A DNA stretch of 46,964 nucleotides from Octopus bimaculoides (Eukaryota). Under the pieces are notes generated by a model. That model saw only the letters and a list, made by a program, of their open reading frames with translations, ran no database searches and was not told where the DNA came from. Location: positions 82,941,175 through 82,988,138 of the forward strand of contig NC_068990.1 in assembly GCF_001194135.2 (NCBI RefSeq). Reading direction: 5' to 3'. Positions within the stretch are counted from its first letter, which is position 1. Every line of letters begins with the position of its first letter. This document shows positions 26,719-36,910 of the stretch, piece after piece. Position numbers and translations under genes: made by a program.

Positions 26719-27323
26719 TGATAATAATTAATTTTTAGTTTTAGTTTTCACTGTCCTTTTTTTCCACAGGTAGCGTAAAATGATTCTAATTGCAATTTTT
26801 TCACCACTCATTCTCAAAGCTGTAAAATGATGATAAAGAATTAATGTTCATATGTTATATAGAAAAATAAAGAATAAACAATTCAGTAACGATTGGACAA
26901 ATATAAAATTAAATATATAACATGTGGATACCATGTTCCCAAAAATCCTCACAAAAAATCTGGAAAAAAACTTGTCGCAATTTTATATGTATGCGTATAT
27001 GTGTACAAACCACAAGTCTGTGTGTATCTGTGTAGGTGTACGTGCGTTGTATGCTATTTTTGCCACATTGTTCAACGCCACGTATAATTTGTCCCAATGA
27101 AAAGCTAAAAAATACTTATAACCTGTCTGCCGTTATGGAAACGAATCTTACATCCATTCAAATTTCCTGTGTCTATTAGCATGTGAAACACTTCAGGAAG
27201 AATTGTAGTGGCATTTCCAAGGGAATGACTTCAGGCCACATTATTTCAAGCAGTCCGATATAAACCGCATAGAATCCGTACGATGATCACTTGAAAATTT
27301 ACTTAAAGCGACAAAGCACTTAC

Positions 27324-27361
27324 CTCTGATATTCTTATTTAAAATATTACAAGCTCCGATC
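27324..27361 (-). CDS. Candidate 38-nt minus-strand exon (IGACNILNKNIR)
   Basis: TTACCGTTTTCTAG|G acceptor and GAG|GTAAGT donor, one open frame; no homology recognised. Confidence 0.2.
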
Positions 27362-27606
27362 CTAGAAAACGGTAATCACAATATTGCTGAATGTTAACAT
27401 ACATAGAGACTGCCTGACACAATATAACAAGTCTGACATAAATAGACAATAATGTATGAATAATTGACAGAGCAACAGTGAAGTATGCGAACTGAAAAGT
27501 TCAGTAGTTGGACAGACTTAGTAAATGAATTAAATATAATATGGAATTTACATATGTGCCAATCAACCCAGTCGTTTTTGGTAAAGACATAAACCTTCCT
27601 CTCGGT

Positions 27607-27688
27607 ATCTCTTTTACTTGTTTCAGTCATTTGACTGCGGCCATGCTGGAGCACCGCCTTTAGTAGAGCAAATAGATCCCAGGACTAT
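27607..27688 (-). mobile_element. SINE family A 3' tail fragment
   Basis: TTTTACTTGTTTCAGTCATTTGACTGCGGCCATGCTGGAGCACCGCC is the reverse complement of the family tail. Confidence 0.9.
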
Positions 27689-27699
27689 GACCAAACCAA

Positions 27700-27990
27700 G
27701 TACTATTGTTGCTCGACAATGCACGCACACATACGGCGATCCACACCGTTGAAGCCAATAAAGGATTGGGTTTCGGTTTGCTGGAACACATCGCATAACG
27801 TCCAGATCTCATCCCTGGCGACTATCACATCTTTGGATTGCTCAAACTTACTATACAAGGTCGAAGAATTGTTACGAATGAATAGTGCAGGAGGTGGTAC
27901 ATAAATAGCTGCATGATGAGCCGAAAACCTTCTTTTCCAATATAATAAGCAAGCATGTGGATGTTGGAAGAAGTGTCTATTTCTGTTTTG
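27700..27990 (+). mobile_element. Mariner transposase catalytic-domain relic (DD34D)
   Basis: VLLLLDNARTHTA...LEHIA*RPDLIPGDYHIFGLLK..IQGRR; 34 residues between the DNA and GDY aspartates. Confidence 0.88.
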
Positions 27991-28057
27991 ATAAATTATA
28001 GAAACATGAGCGTGTATAATTTTTGACTTACTTTAGTATCTATCTATCTATCTATTT

Positions 28058-28104
<47 letters not shown>

Positions 28105-28109
28105 CATAC

Positions 28110-28965
28110 CAGTCGAACGCTCCGGAATACATACCGGAAGCCAGCAAATGTATGGAGTCATCAGGAGAGAATGGTTGCCGTTACGGGGCCTACCTCTCGA
28201 TAGCATCATTGCGCACCGGCCCCACCTCACTGAAATGAGGACCCGCTTGCTAGATCAACTGTTCATTAGATATAACTCAATACTCTTCTAGCCATCGCTC
28301 ATTGTCTTTTTTTAACCAAATCCAGTGGTTTACCTTTTCCATTGAATTTTGGATATCACTCATGGTGGTATTTGCTTCACGATGAGTTAAGACTAACAAT
28401 AACAGCAGTCTCCTCACACAGTGTCCAACTAATTCTCTACATCCGACTTCGATTGGAAAATGCTCCGCTTTCCAGCCTCCGTCTTCATATTATTCGAAGA
28501 GGTTTACATAACGATCAATCTTTCGAGCCCGAACGGGGTCCATGTTATTTTCATGAAAAACCGTTAACTGACTAGATTCACCACTTTCTTTCTGTCACAC
28601 CATAATATGATATCCAGTTTCTTCGTAACTGGGATAGGAAAGAATCATTGGCACCCTGGTAAATCTGCTTCCACCTCCCAATAGCCGTTCCACTTTTCAT
28701 CGCTCACAGGAAGTTTCTTCTTGAAACGGATTTGCTGTCCTGAGCGCACGAAGTTAATGAAATCTCTGATTGGTTCTTGACATACCGTGTGCTCAAACTC
28801 GTTATACCTTCCTTTCTCATTAGCCGCACACCACAGAGCCCTCGCTTTCCTCTAAGTACTATCTGATGCACCAGTCTCATAATCTTAAGTTTCTTGTCGG
28901 GAAGAGGTCTTTATTGTAGCATTTATCAATCCGCAGTTATTTGAGTCCGGGGATGATTTGCCACG
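28110..28965 (-). mobile_element. Hero-like RLE non-LTR retrotransposon 3' relic with 3' UTR
   Basis: DLFPTRNL; KLDIILWCDRKKVV; LTVFHENNMDPVRARKIDRY...GGWKAEHFPIEVGCR...HWIWLKK..RWLEEY* (stop 28277-28279); typical Hero RLE C-terminus PDIVLW/ELTV.WE/GW..P.EVGCRG/W.WLK. Confidence 0.82.
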
Positions 28966-28972
28966 TATTTAT

Positions 28973-29390
28973 ATAGGAGTGGGTGTGTGGTAAGTATCTT
29001 GCTTACGAACCACATGGTTCCGGGTTCAGTCCCACTGCGTGGCACCTTGGGTGAGTGTCTTCTACTATAACCTCAGGCCGACCAAAGCCTTGTGAGTGGA
29101 TTTGGTAGACGGAAACTGAAAGACGCCCGTCGTATATATGTATATATATGTATGTGTGTGTGTGTGTGTGTGTGTGCGTATGTATGTTTGTGTGTCTGTG
29201 TTTGTCCCCCAACATCGCTTGACAATTTGATGCTGGTGTGTTTACGTCCCTGTAACTTAGCGGTTCGGCAAAAGAGGCCGATAGAATAAGTACTAGGCTT
29301 ACAAAGAATAAGTCCTGGGGTCGATTTGCTCGACTAAAGGCGGTACTCCAGCATGGCCACAGTCAAATGAATGAAACAAGTAAAATAGTA
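28973..29390 (+). mobile_element. Full-length SINE family A with internal microsatellite
   Basis: Head, CORE-like body, (TA)/(TG) core ~29123-29200, and complete tail to GAAACAAGTAAAATAG. Confidence 0.95.
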
Positions 29391-29861
29391 TATATATATG
29401 TATATATTTAAAAGTTCGTTTGCTATATATATATATATATATATACGTACATAAATATATATATATAACTTACTTATTATATAAACTACTAATGAATATA
29501 TGTGCGTATGTGAGCAAATTTGTATGTATATACATGAACCCATTCTTCTCTTCGGTGAGCAATGAGATGTAATTTACCTTACAGATGAGTTTTAAAGTCG
29601 TATAGACATAAAATAATTTTCGTCCTTCTTTTTTTATAGATCCGTTCCTCCGATAGTATTATTTGTTATATTAGCAACTATGCTAGAGTAAATCAAGTTA
29701 AAGAACATTCGATATCAGGCTTTATGTACAACAATAGTGTCTTCCTATAAAAGCATGAGGCCACATATTTTATTTTTTCTTAGTTCGCGATTTAATTTAT
29801 TTTCTTGATCTGGGTAGAAATGATATTCCATCCGACATCGGCTCGGTTTAAATACTTTTAT

Positions 29862-30040
29862 ATTTTATCTTTTACTTGTTTCAGTCATTTGACAGTGGCC
29901 ATGCTGGTGCACAGCCTTCAAGTATTTAAAGTTGAAAGAATACAGCCCAGTACTTATTCTACCAGTGTCTTTTGCTGAGCCGCTAATTACGGGGACACCG
30001 GTTGTCAGCGGTGGTGGTGGGGGACACACTGACACAAGCA
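29862..30040 (-). mobile_element. SINE family A 3' half, diverged
   Basis: Reverse complement of tail plus CTTTTGCTGAGCCGCTAATTACGGGGAC segment. Confidence 0.85.
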
Positions 30041-30139
30041 TGTTTTCGTCAGTGTGTGTATGAGTGTGTGTCAGTGTGTGTATGAGTGTGTGTCAATGTG
30101 TCAGTGTGTATGTCCCAAACACACTGACACATATACATG

Positions 30140-30170
<31 letters not shown>

Positions 30171-30173
30171 ACA

Positions 30174-30380
30174 GGGCGGGGGGCTAAACATAGAGGGGAC
30201 AGGCAAAGGGTTAAAGTCGACTACATCGACCCCAGTGCGTAACTGGCACTCATTTAATCGACCCGGAAATGATGAAAGGTAAAGTCGACCTCAGCGGAAT
30301 TTGAACTCAGAACGTACCGGCAGACGAAATACTGCTAAGCGTTTCGTCCGGTGTGCTAACGGTTCTGCCAGCTCGCCCCC
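30174..30380 (-). mobile_element. tRNA-derived SINE family B (Meta/MESC-like central domain)
   Basis: Minus strand GGCGAGCTGGCAGAA head, B-box GAGTTCAAATTCC, body GGTCGACTTTACCTTTCATC..GGGTCGAT; homologous copy at 33328. Confidence 0.9.
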
Positions 30381-30569
30381 TTACAAATATGCATATATAC
30401 GAACAATGCACTCTGGCGTTGCCCAGGTGTTATGACCTACAGTCACATTGTATTATTTGTTCCTTTCTTATGTGCAGGATCAGCACACGACGTGTATGAA
30501 GGGAACAACTCTTCGTTATAATGGACTGAACTGAACCTTATCTCATCTGCATATACTCTAACAACACAT

Positions 30570-30923
30570 GTATTGTGATTCGACGATTCGCCCCTTACAG
30601 CTGCACGCACATCTTGGAAACGTCCACTTGTACACTTGTGTGCGGCTCATACACTCCTCTCCATACACTTTCTGGAACTTTGCGTAGGCCTCTGAGCAGG
30701 TATCGCCATGACAACTTTATCTGTCAGGGTCAATGTGGCTATCACACGCTATACACCTTCATTCAAATAACTGCTGTAAACAGCGGAATCGAGCTAGAAT
30801 GTTAAAACTTAGTGCGCATGCACAGCAGAGGTCATGATCAATCTGTGACAAGCGGCTTTACTCTGCGCGCTTGAACTTCGTTACTATGGCAACAGGTCGT
30901 ATACTTATTGATCAGACCTCGTA
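30570..30923 (-). mobile_element. Mariner 5' fragment (TIR + HTH)
   Basis: TA+CGAGGTCTGATCAATAAGT TIR (30895-30923); GDTCSEAYAKFQKVYGEECMSRTQVYKW.RFQD HTH region. Confidence 0.85.
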
Positions 30924-30927
30924 TATT

Positions 30928-31080
30928 TACGACGGGCTTCTCTCAGCTTCCGTCTACTGACTATGCTTTGGTCAGCTCCAAGTTAATGTAGAAGACCACC
31001 TGACCAAGGTGCTCCGCAATAGAACTGAACCCGGGAGAATGTGGTTGAGAAGGAAGCTTCTTTCTACACAGCCGTGCCTG
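30928..31080 (-). mobile_element. SINE family A 5' half, diverged
   Basis: CGACGGGCTTCTCTCAGCTTCCGTCTAC...CCAAGGTG...GAACCCGG matches family A antisense. Confidence 0.8.
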
Positions 31081-31189
31081 AGAATGAAGCTACATTTATA
31101 CACAATTTGAATAACAGTAGTATAGCCACATGTCTGCACCAGTTCTACAACAGGCTATAGTAGTTTGTAATCACTATTATTGTACATTG

Positions 31190-31320
31190 GTGCCTGTTTC
31201 ATCGACACCCGAAGCATTAAAGACGAAGTCACTATCGCCAGAAATTGAACTCAGTTTGTAAAGGGACGAAGAAAAATAACATAAAACGTTTCTTCTGACA
31301 TGATCTCTATTCCGCTAATT
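31190..31320 (-). mobile_element. Old SINE family B fragment
   Basis: ATCGACACCCGAAGCATTAAAGACGAAGTC..GAAATTGAACTCAG resembles family B. Confidence 0.45.
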
Positions 31321-32264
31321 TAACACTCTCTCTCACTCTTTTATACACAGCAATATTAATATCCACTATTGACAAATTCAAATATACAAGGTGAACTTTA
31401 TGTAATTAATTGCATGGCTCTATTTGTATTTCTACTTTTGGGATTAGACTGTAAATAGAAATGTTTTAGATATTACAGAATTAATAAATTCAGAAAGTTT
31501 TCGCATCAAAAGGAAAGTTGACAATGATTTATATATATTTATGTACACACGTCTGTCCATGTGTAGGTAATGTAATAACTAGACTTTAAATATTAGATTT
31601 ACTAGTAGAGTTCGAACCGTTATTATCTATATTTTATGACGTCATAGGTCGGCAAACGACAGTTTCTATGTAATCTGAACTCTTCACTTTCAATGTTTTG
31701 TATTGCATTATCGCAAGGTAGTGAATACTCATTTCATGAGTATTAAATAGTTACAAGATAATGTTGTTATTAGACATACTTTAGTATGTCATACTGGCCT
31801 AGTGTACGTAGGTACGAATTACCAAGTGAGATTCTCAGATTTTATACTCCAGTTGTACTTATCATGCCTCATCTGAGTCGAGAGCGACACACCGAAGTCT
31901 AGCGCGCAGAAATTAATCTTGTGCCGTACACTACCACTGTACATACATTCTCTTGACTGTTGTTGAGTCTTTCTGTACACATCTAGATTCCGTAGCAGAA
32001 CTCAGTGGTGTTGGGCAATGTGGGGTCAACCAAACTACTGCAACTGCAGTTTTTTTGTACTTATGATTGGCAAGGTTCATACCAATACAGAGTCTGGTAA
32101 TAATGAATCTGTTGATAATAAAGCTATTTCTGTGCACGAGTTTTGCTTTTTGTGTACTTGTCGAACTATACTAAGAGACATACCGCTTTTCAGTTATTCT
32201 TGTTGGTATAGTGATAGGATCTGTGACAACAAATTATTTGAGCCGTTGTGAAGCAGATTGCACT

Positions 32265-32347
32265 CTTTAGTATTTCTTATTTCCTTATAGCCCACAAGGG
32301 GCTACACATAGAGGGGACAAAGAAGGACAAACAAAGGGATTAAGTCT
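32265..32347 (-). mobile_element. SINE family B 3' tail fragment
   Basis: CACAAGGGGCTACACATAGAGGGGACAAAGAAGGACAAACAAAGGGATTAAGTC matches tails at 30174 and 33340. Confidence 0.8.
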
Positions 32348-33009
32348 AAGCGAGGATTCAAGAGGAATTTGGTTGAAATTTTCAGCAAATAATGGAAGCC
32401 TGTGTATTTGGCAGGTGATACTTTGAAACTGTTGTCTTTAAAGCCATGCTTCAATATGAAAAATTAAAGGCTGCAATAGTTGTATAGCAGTGAAGATGAG
32501 AGTGTCATGTCAGACAGATTGTGTAGGTAATGGCTATGAGATGAAGGATCGTTTTTGGTATTCCATTTGGTAGATAGTAAATTCTGGAAAGGTTATTTTG
32601 TGTTCATTTATATAGTTATGGAAAGCTCACATGTAGCTTCATAGCTACTATTTCTTAAAAAACTTACTGTTGTAACGTGTTGTCTCTCCATGTACGGTCG
32701 AATATTTTAAATCTCAGTAAATAACGAGAAACAGATTTGAAGTTTTCTAACGTCAAAATTTGTTTTAAGTGTTTTAACCTTTTTGTTGTTGCTATCTTTG
32801 TTGTCATTGTTGTTATATTTGGTGTTGAAAATACTGTCGTGTATAGCCTTATGTCATGTGGAGTATTATGGTGATAGATTAAACAACCCGACAGGTATTT
32901 TGTTGTCAAGACGTGTTTATCTGATTTTGAAGGAATTTTGATATGCTGAATCCAAACATGGGATCTATCTTTTTATTATCACATCTAGATATCAAGATAC
33001 TCAACCATC

Positions 33010-33690
33010 CTCCACTCATCGGTTTGTGATATGCGCAGATTTTAAAATGGTTTATTTTCTCATGGTGCAACAAAGTGGATACACCAAATATTTGTGCTTT
33101 TTATGCATATAGAACAGTAGAGTCAGAGAAAAGTTTTCGATGATCAAATAATAAGAGCAGCGAACATTCGTTCCAGGTTTTTTGATATGGTTGAAGAACC
33201 TTAAGTTGAAAATCATTGGAAGAGCTTTAAGTTGAAAATCATTTTACCTACGCTCCATACGAAAGATGGCATTACGAAGCACTTTGTTAAAGCTCTGGAT
33301 AAATATGAATCATGATTTCACTATATCTTATGCCTTTACTACGAACAAGGGGCTACACACAGAAGGTCAAACAAGGACAGACAAAGGGAGTAAATCCATT
33401 ATATAGACCCCAGTGCGTAATGGTACTTAATTTATCGACCCCGAAAGGATGAAAGGCAAAGTGGACCGCGGCGGAATTTGAACTGAGAACGTAGCGGCAG
33501 ACGAAATACCGCTAAGCATTTCGCCCGGTGCGCTAACATTTCTGCCAGCTCACCGCTTTGATTTCGCTATATCCACGGCACATTTCCGATCTGAGCAGTG
33601 ACAAGATGAAAGCTGACCTATTTGATGAGCCTCAAATCAGAAAACTGATGCAAGATGGAAACTTTGTAAATTCCATGAGTAAGTTCATTT
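33010..33690 (+). mobile_element. Chapaev3-like (CMC) DNA transposase relic interrupted by a SINE
   Basis: ICADFKMVYFLMVQQSGYTKYLCFLC; LPTLHTKDGITKHFVKALDK; F(H/R)YIHGTFP-DLSSDKMKADLFDEPQIRKLMQDGNF; cf. recalled Chapaev3 motifs Q.GYTK..CFLC, LPPLHIKLG, GPQIRKL. Confidence 0.72.
33328..33558 (-). mobile_element. Full SINE family B with 15-bp TSD
   Basis: TSD TGATTTC(A/G)CTATATC at 33313-33327 and 33559-33573; head GGCGGTGAGCTGGCAGAA, B-box AGTTCAAATTCC. Confidence 0.93.
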
Positions 33691-33707
33691 CTAATTGCTG
33701 TAAATTA

Positions 33708-34035
33708 NNNNNNNNNNNNNNNNNNNNNNNNNNNNNNNNNNNNNNNNNNNNNNNNNNNNNNNNNNNNNNNNNNNNNNNNNNNNNNNNNNNNNNNNNNNNN
33801 NNNNNNNNNNNNNNNNNNNNNNNNNNNNNNNNNNNNNNNNNNNNNNNNNNNNNNNNNNNNNNNNNNNNNNNNNNNNNNNNNNNNNNNNNNNNNNNNNNNN
33901 NNNNNNNNNNNNNNNNNNNNNNNNNNNNNNNNNNNNNNNNNNNNNNNNNNNNNNNNNNNNNNNNNNNNNNNNNNNNNNNNNNNNNNNNNNNNNNNNNNNN
34001 NNNNNNNNNNNNNNNNNNNNNNNNNNNNNNNNNNN

Positions 34036-34083
<48 letters not shown>
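33708..34083. repeat. Gap (328 N) followed by (TG)n
   Basis: N run 33708-34035, (TG)n to ~34083. Confidence 0.97.
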
Positions 34084-34087
<4 letters not shown>

Positions 34088-35132
34088 GCATCATTATTCG
34101 TAGAATTGGATTTGAAAGATTGCTCGATGATACATGCCACGCTACACAACCTCATCCGTGAGTAAATATGTGTGTGCGTGTGTATGTGTGTATGTGTGTG
34201 AGTATGTGTGTGTATGTTTATAGATACATTCATACACACACACACATATATATATACGTATATGCATGTCTGCATGTATGAATGAATATAAACACAGATA
34301 CGTATAAATGATTATAAATTAAAACATATGCATGGATGTCTACATGCCTGCGTGTGTGCGCGCCTGGGCGCGTTTGCGCATGTGCATGTGGGTATATGTA
34401 AATGTTGATAGATCCATACACGATACAAAGATGTACGCAGTTCAGTAATGCAAAAAATAATATATATATATAATCACTAGCAAAGAAAATGAAACACGAG
34501 AATCTTCAATTTTCGAATTTTGTTTTTCGTTTTGTTTTCCTTCTTTTTTTCCTTCACATTATTCAAATCGAAATTCGATAGACTTAGGTGACTTAATAAC
34601 CAGGAAATTGTATCTTTATTTGTTTCTTTATTCCCCCCCCCCACTCCACAAATATTTTTTTTCTCATAAGAACAGGGCAACGGAACTATGTAACGATCAA
34701 TGTTTATTCCATTACCTACTTATACAAGTTGCATCTAGTTCATCTCTTAATTGAAGAATGCAGCTGTTAATGGCGTTAATCAATGTGTAGTAACGAGAAA
34801 TAATGTATTTCGAGAGGATATTAAATGATTAACCTTGTTGATTCAGCACATTAGGAATTAGTTACAGATGTTTCTAGAAACTTTATTTTGAAGAGACATT
34901 TACTTATAGAAAATGGAATTAGAAGGAAACGAACATAATTTCATACACACTGCGCTACATGTAATGATATTAGACATAAGCGTATTTAAATCCGGAAATT
35001 CGTTCATTCACATTGGTATTGATAAGATGTATTATAAATATGTATTAATATGGTTGGGAAGCATGTGTGTACGCATATGGAAACATTAACACTCTCGATC
35101 ACTCACATATATGTATATATTTAATATATATA

Positions 35133-35459
35133 NNNNNNNNNNNNNNNNNNNNNNNNNNNNNNNNNNNNNNNNNNNNNNNNNNNNNNNNNNNNNNNNNNNN
35201 NNNNNNNNNNNNNNNNNNNNNNNNNNNNNNNNNNNNNNNNNNNNNNNNNNNNNNNNNNNNNNNNNNNNNNNNNNNNNNNNNNNNNNNNNNNNNNNNNNNN
35301 NNNNNNNNNNNNNNNNNNNNNNNNNNNNNNNNNNNNNNNNNNNNNNNNNNNNNNNNNNNNNNNNNNNNNNNNNNNNNNNNNNNNNNNNNNNNNNNNNNNN
35401 NNNNNNNNNNNNNNNNNNNNNNNNNNNNNNNNNNNNNNNNNNNNNNNNNNNNNNNNNNN

Positions 35460-35485
<26 letters not shown>
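35133..35485. other. Assembly gap (327 N) flanked by (TA)n
   Basis: N run 35133-35459. Confidence 1.
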
Positions 35486-35491
<6 letters not shown>

Positions 35492-36182
35492 TTATGAACT
35501 TAAAGCTTATAAGCGACCAGCATGTATTGACTAAAGAAAATAGTCTAATATTCGGGCACAGAAGCCTCGACGCGACACTAATAGAGACACCACGTTAAAT
35601 GAGCAAGCAAGAAAGAAATAGCGATGAAGAGAATACAAGAGACATTGAGATTCGGAATAGCACAAGAGAAATGGTTACTATACTTAAGACACATGTTATA
35701 ATGGCTACTAATATCAATGAGTACGCCAATGGAGATGTCGCAATTATACTTAAAATTATTCACCTCCCATACACCAAGTTGTGACATCTGTTGGGCTGCT
35801 TGTGGAGAAATACTGTGTGGCCCAGTACTTATTTTATGAGAGATGTTTAAGTTTGGATAGCTCCCCATGATTTCTTAATTCATGCTTTTCTTGGTAAAAT
35901 GAAAACATTGATCATCATAATTTTGAGTGTGAATGTATGGCAATTTTCGGAATTAATGAAGCTATGGGGGTAGAAATCTTATATCATATAAGCTGGTGCT
36001 CATTGAAATTCTTGATATCATTTCTTTACTAGCGCATATATATCAATTCTAACATTAGACTGTGCGGATTAAAAAATGTTTTTATTCCCAAAAGTAATTT
36101 TCCTTCTGCCATTGAATACGTTTTACTTCTACTTACTAGAGTGTTCATAATCAACAAGCTTGGAATTAGACTTATGTGCATT

Positions 36183-36632
36183 TACAGGATGGCACAGAGA
36201 AGACAGACGTTTTAGAAATGGCTATTAATCAGCCGCAAAGGAGTGGACATATGTCCGACAGGTACTATTCGGTCCTTGGTGTCTTGGCATTTTTCTTTTC
36301 CTTTTCATGTAAAGCCATGGCGCTGTGGACGATAAAGCATCGTGTGTTTACCTACCACGTGAAGAATAACGATTCTGTTAAAGCAGTTCAGCGTGAGTTT
36401 CGGCAATATTTCAACATTCGCTGAGATCAGGTTGTTCCCACCCGTAACACAATCTTTCGTTGGGTGAATGCGCTTCGTACACGTATACATGATGGCTGTG
36501 GTTTTCCACACTTAATTTTGACAAATGCTAATTCAAAACGAATACATTAATGGCAATGAAATTTGTTTGCTGCTAAAATTAAAGATTTTGTGAACTTTTC
36601 AGAAACGTTCGTCCTCCCTGTCCCACCCTGTA
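36183..36632 (+). mobile_element. Non-autonomous rosa-like Tc1/mariner deletion derivative with both TIRs and TA TSDs
   Basis: TA|CAGGATGGCACAGAGAAGACAGACGTTTT ... AAACGTTCGTCCTCCCTGTCCCACCCTG|TA (about 26/34 identical); internal MALWTIKHRVF..VKNNDSVKAVQREFRQYFNIR*DQVVPTRNTIFRWV. Confidence 0.82.
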
Positions 36633-36647
36633 AAAGTGGATTTAAGA

Positions 36648-36740
36648 AATATAATATATTATATAATATATTATATATAATATACAATATAATATAACAT
36701 AATATAATATATTATAATATAATATAATATAATATAGTAT
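36648..36740. repeat. (AATAT)n degenerate microsatellite
   Basis: Direct reading. Confidence 0.9.
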
Positions 36741-36741
36741 T

Positions 36742-36774
36742 AAAAAACCGCATTATTTATGGGATGGCGCAATA
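36742..36774 (-). mobile_element. Orphan mariner-type TIR
   Basis: Reverse complement TATTGCGCCATCCCATAAATAATGCGGTTTTT resembles a recalled mariner TIR; no partner found in window. Confidence 0.55.
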
Positions 36775-36910
36775 TATATATATATATATATATATGTAAT
36801 ACACACATGTATTGTTTATATGTATGTACGTACGTATGTATGTATGTATGTATGCATGCATGTATGTATGTATTATGGATGTATGTATGTACGTGTATAT
36901 GTATGTATAT
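36775..36910. repeat. (TA)n/(TATG)n array
   Basis: Direct reading. Confidence 0.9.

Noticed and set aside
28120-28200. Functional hammerhead ribozyme
   Set aside because: CUGAUGA and two helices are present, but the invariant GAAA and stem III are absent; kept only as a decayed-structure lead
8315-35534. Long X-containing ORFs
   Set aside because: Artefacts of N gaps, which contain no stop codons
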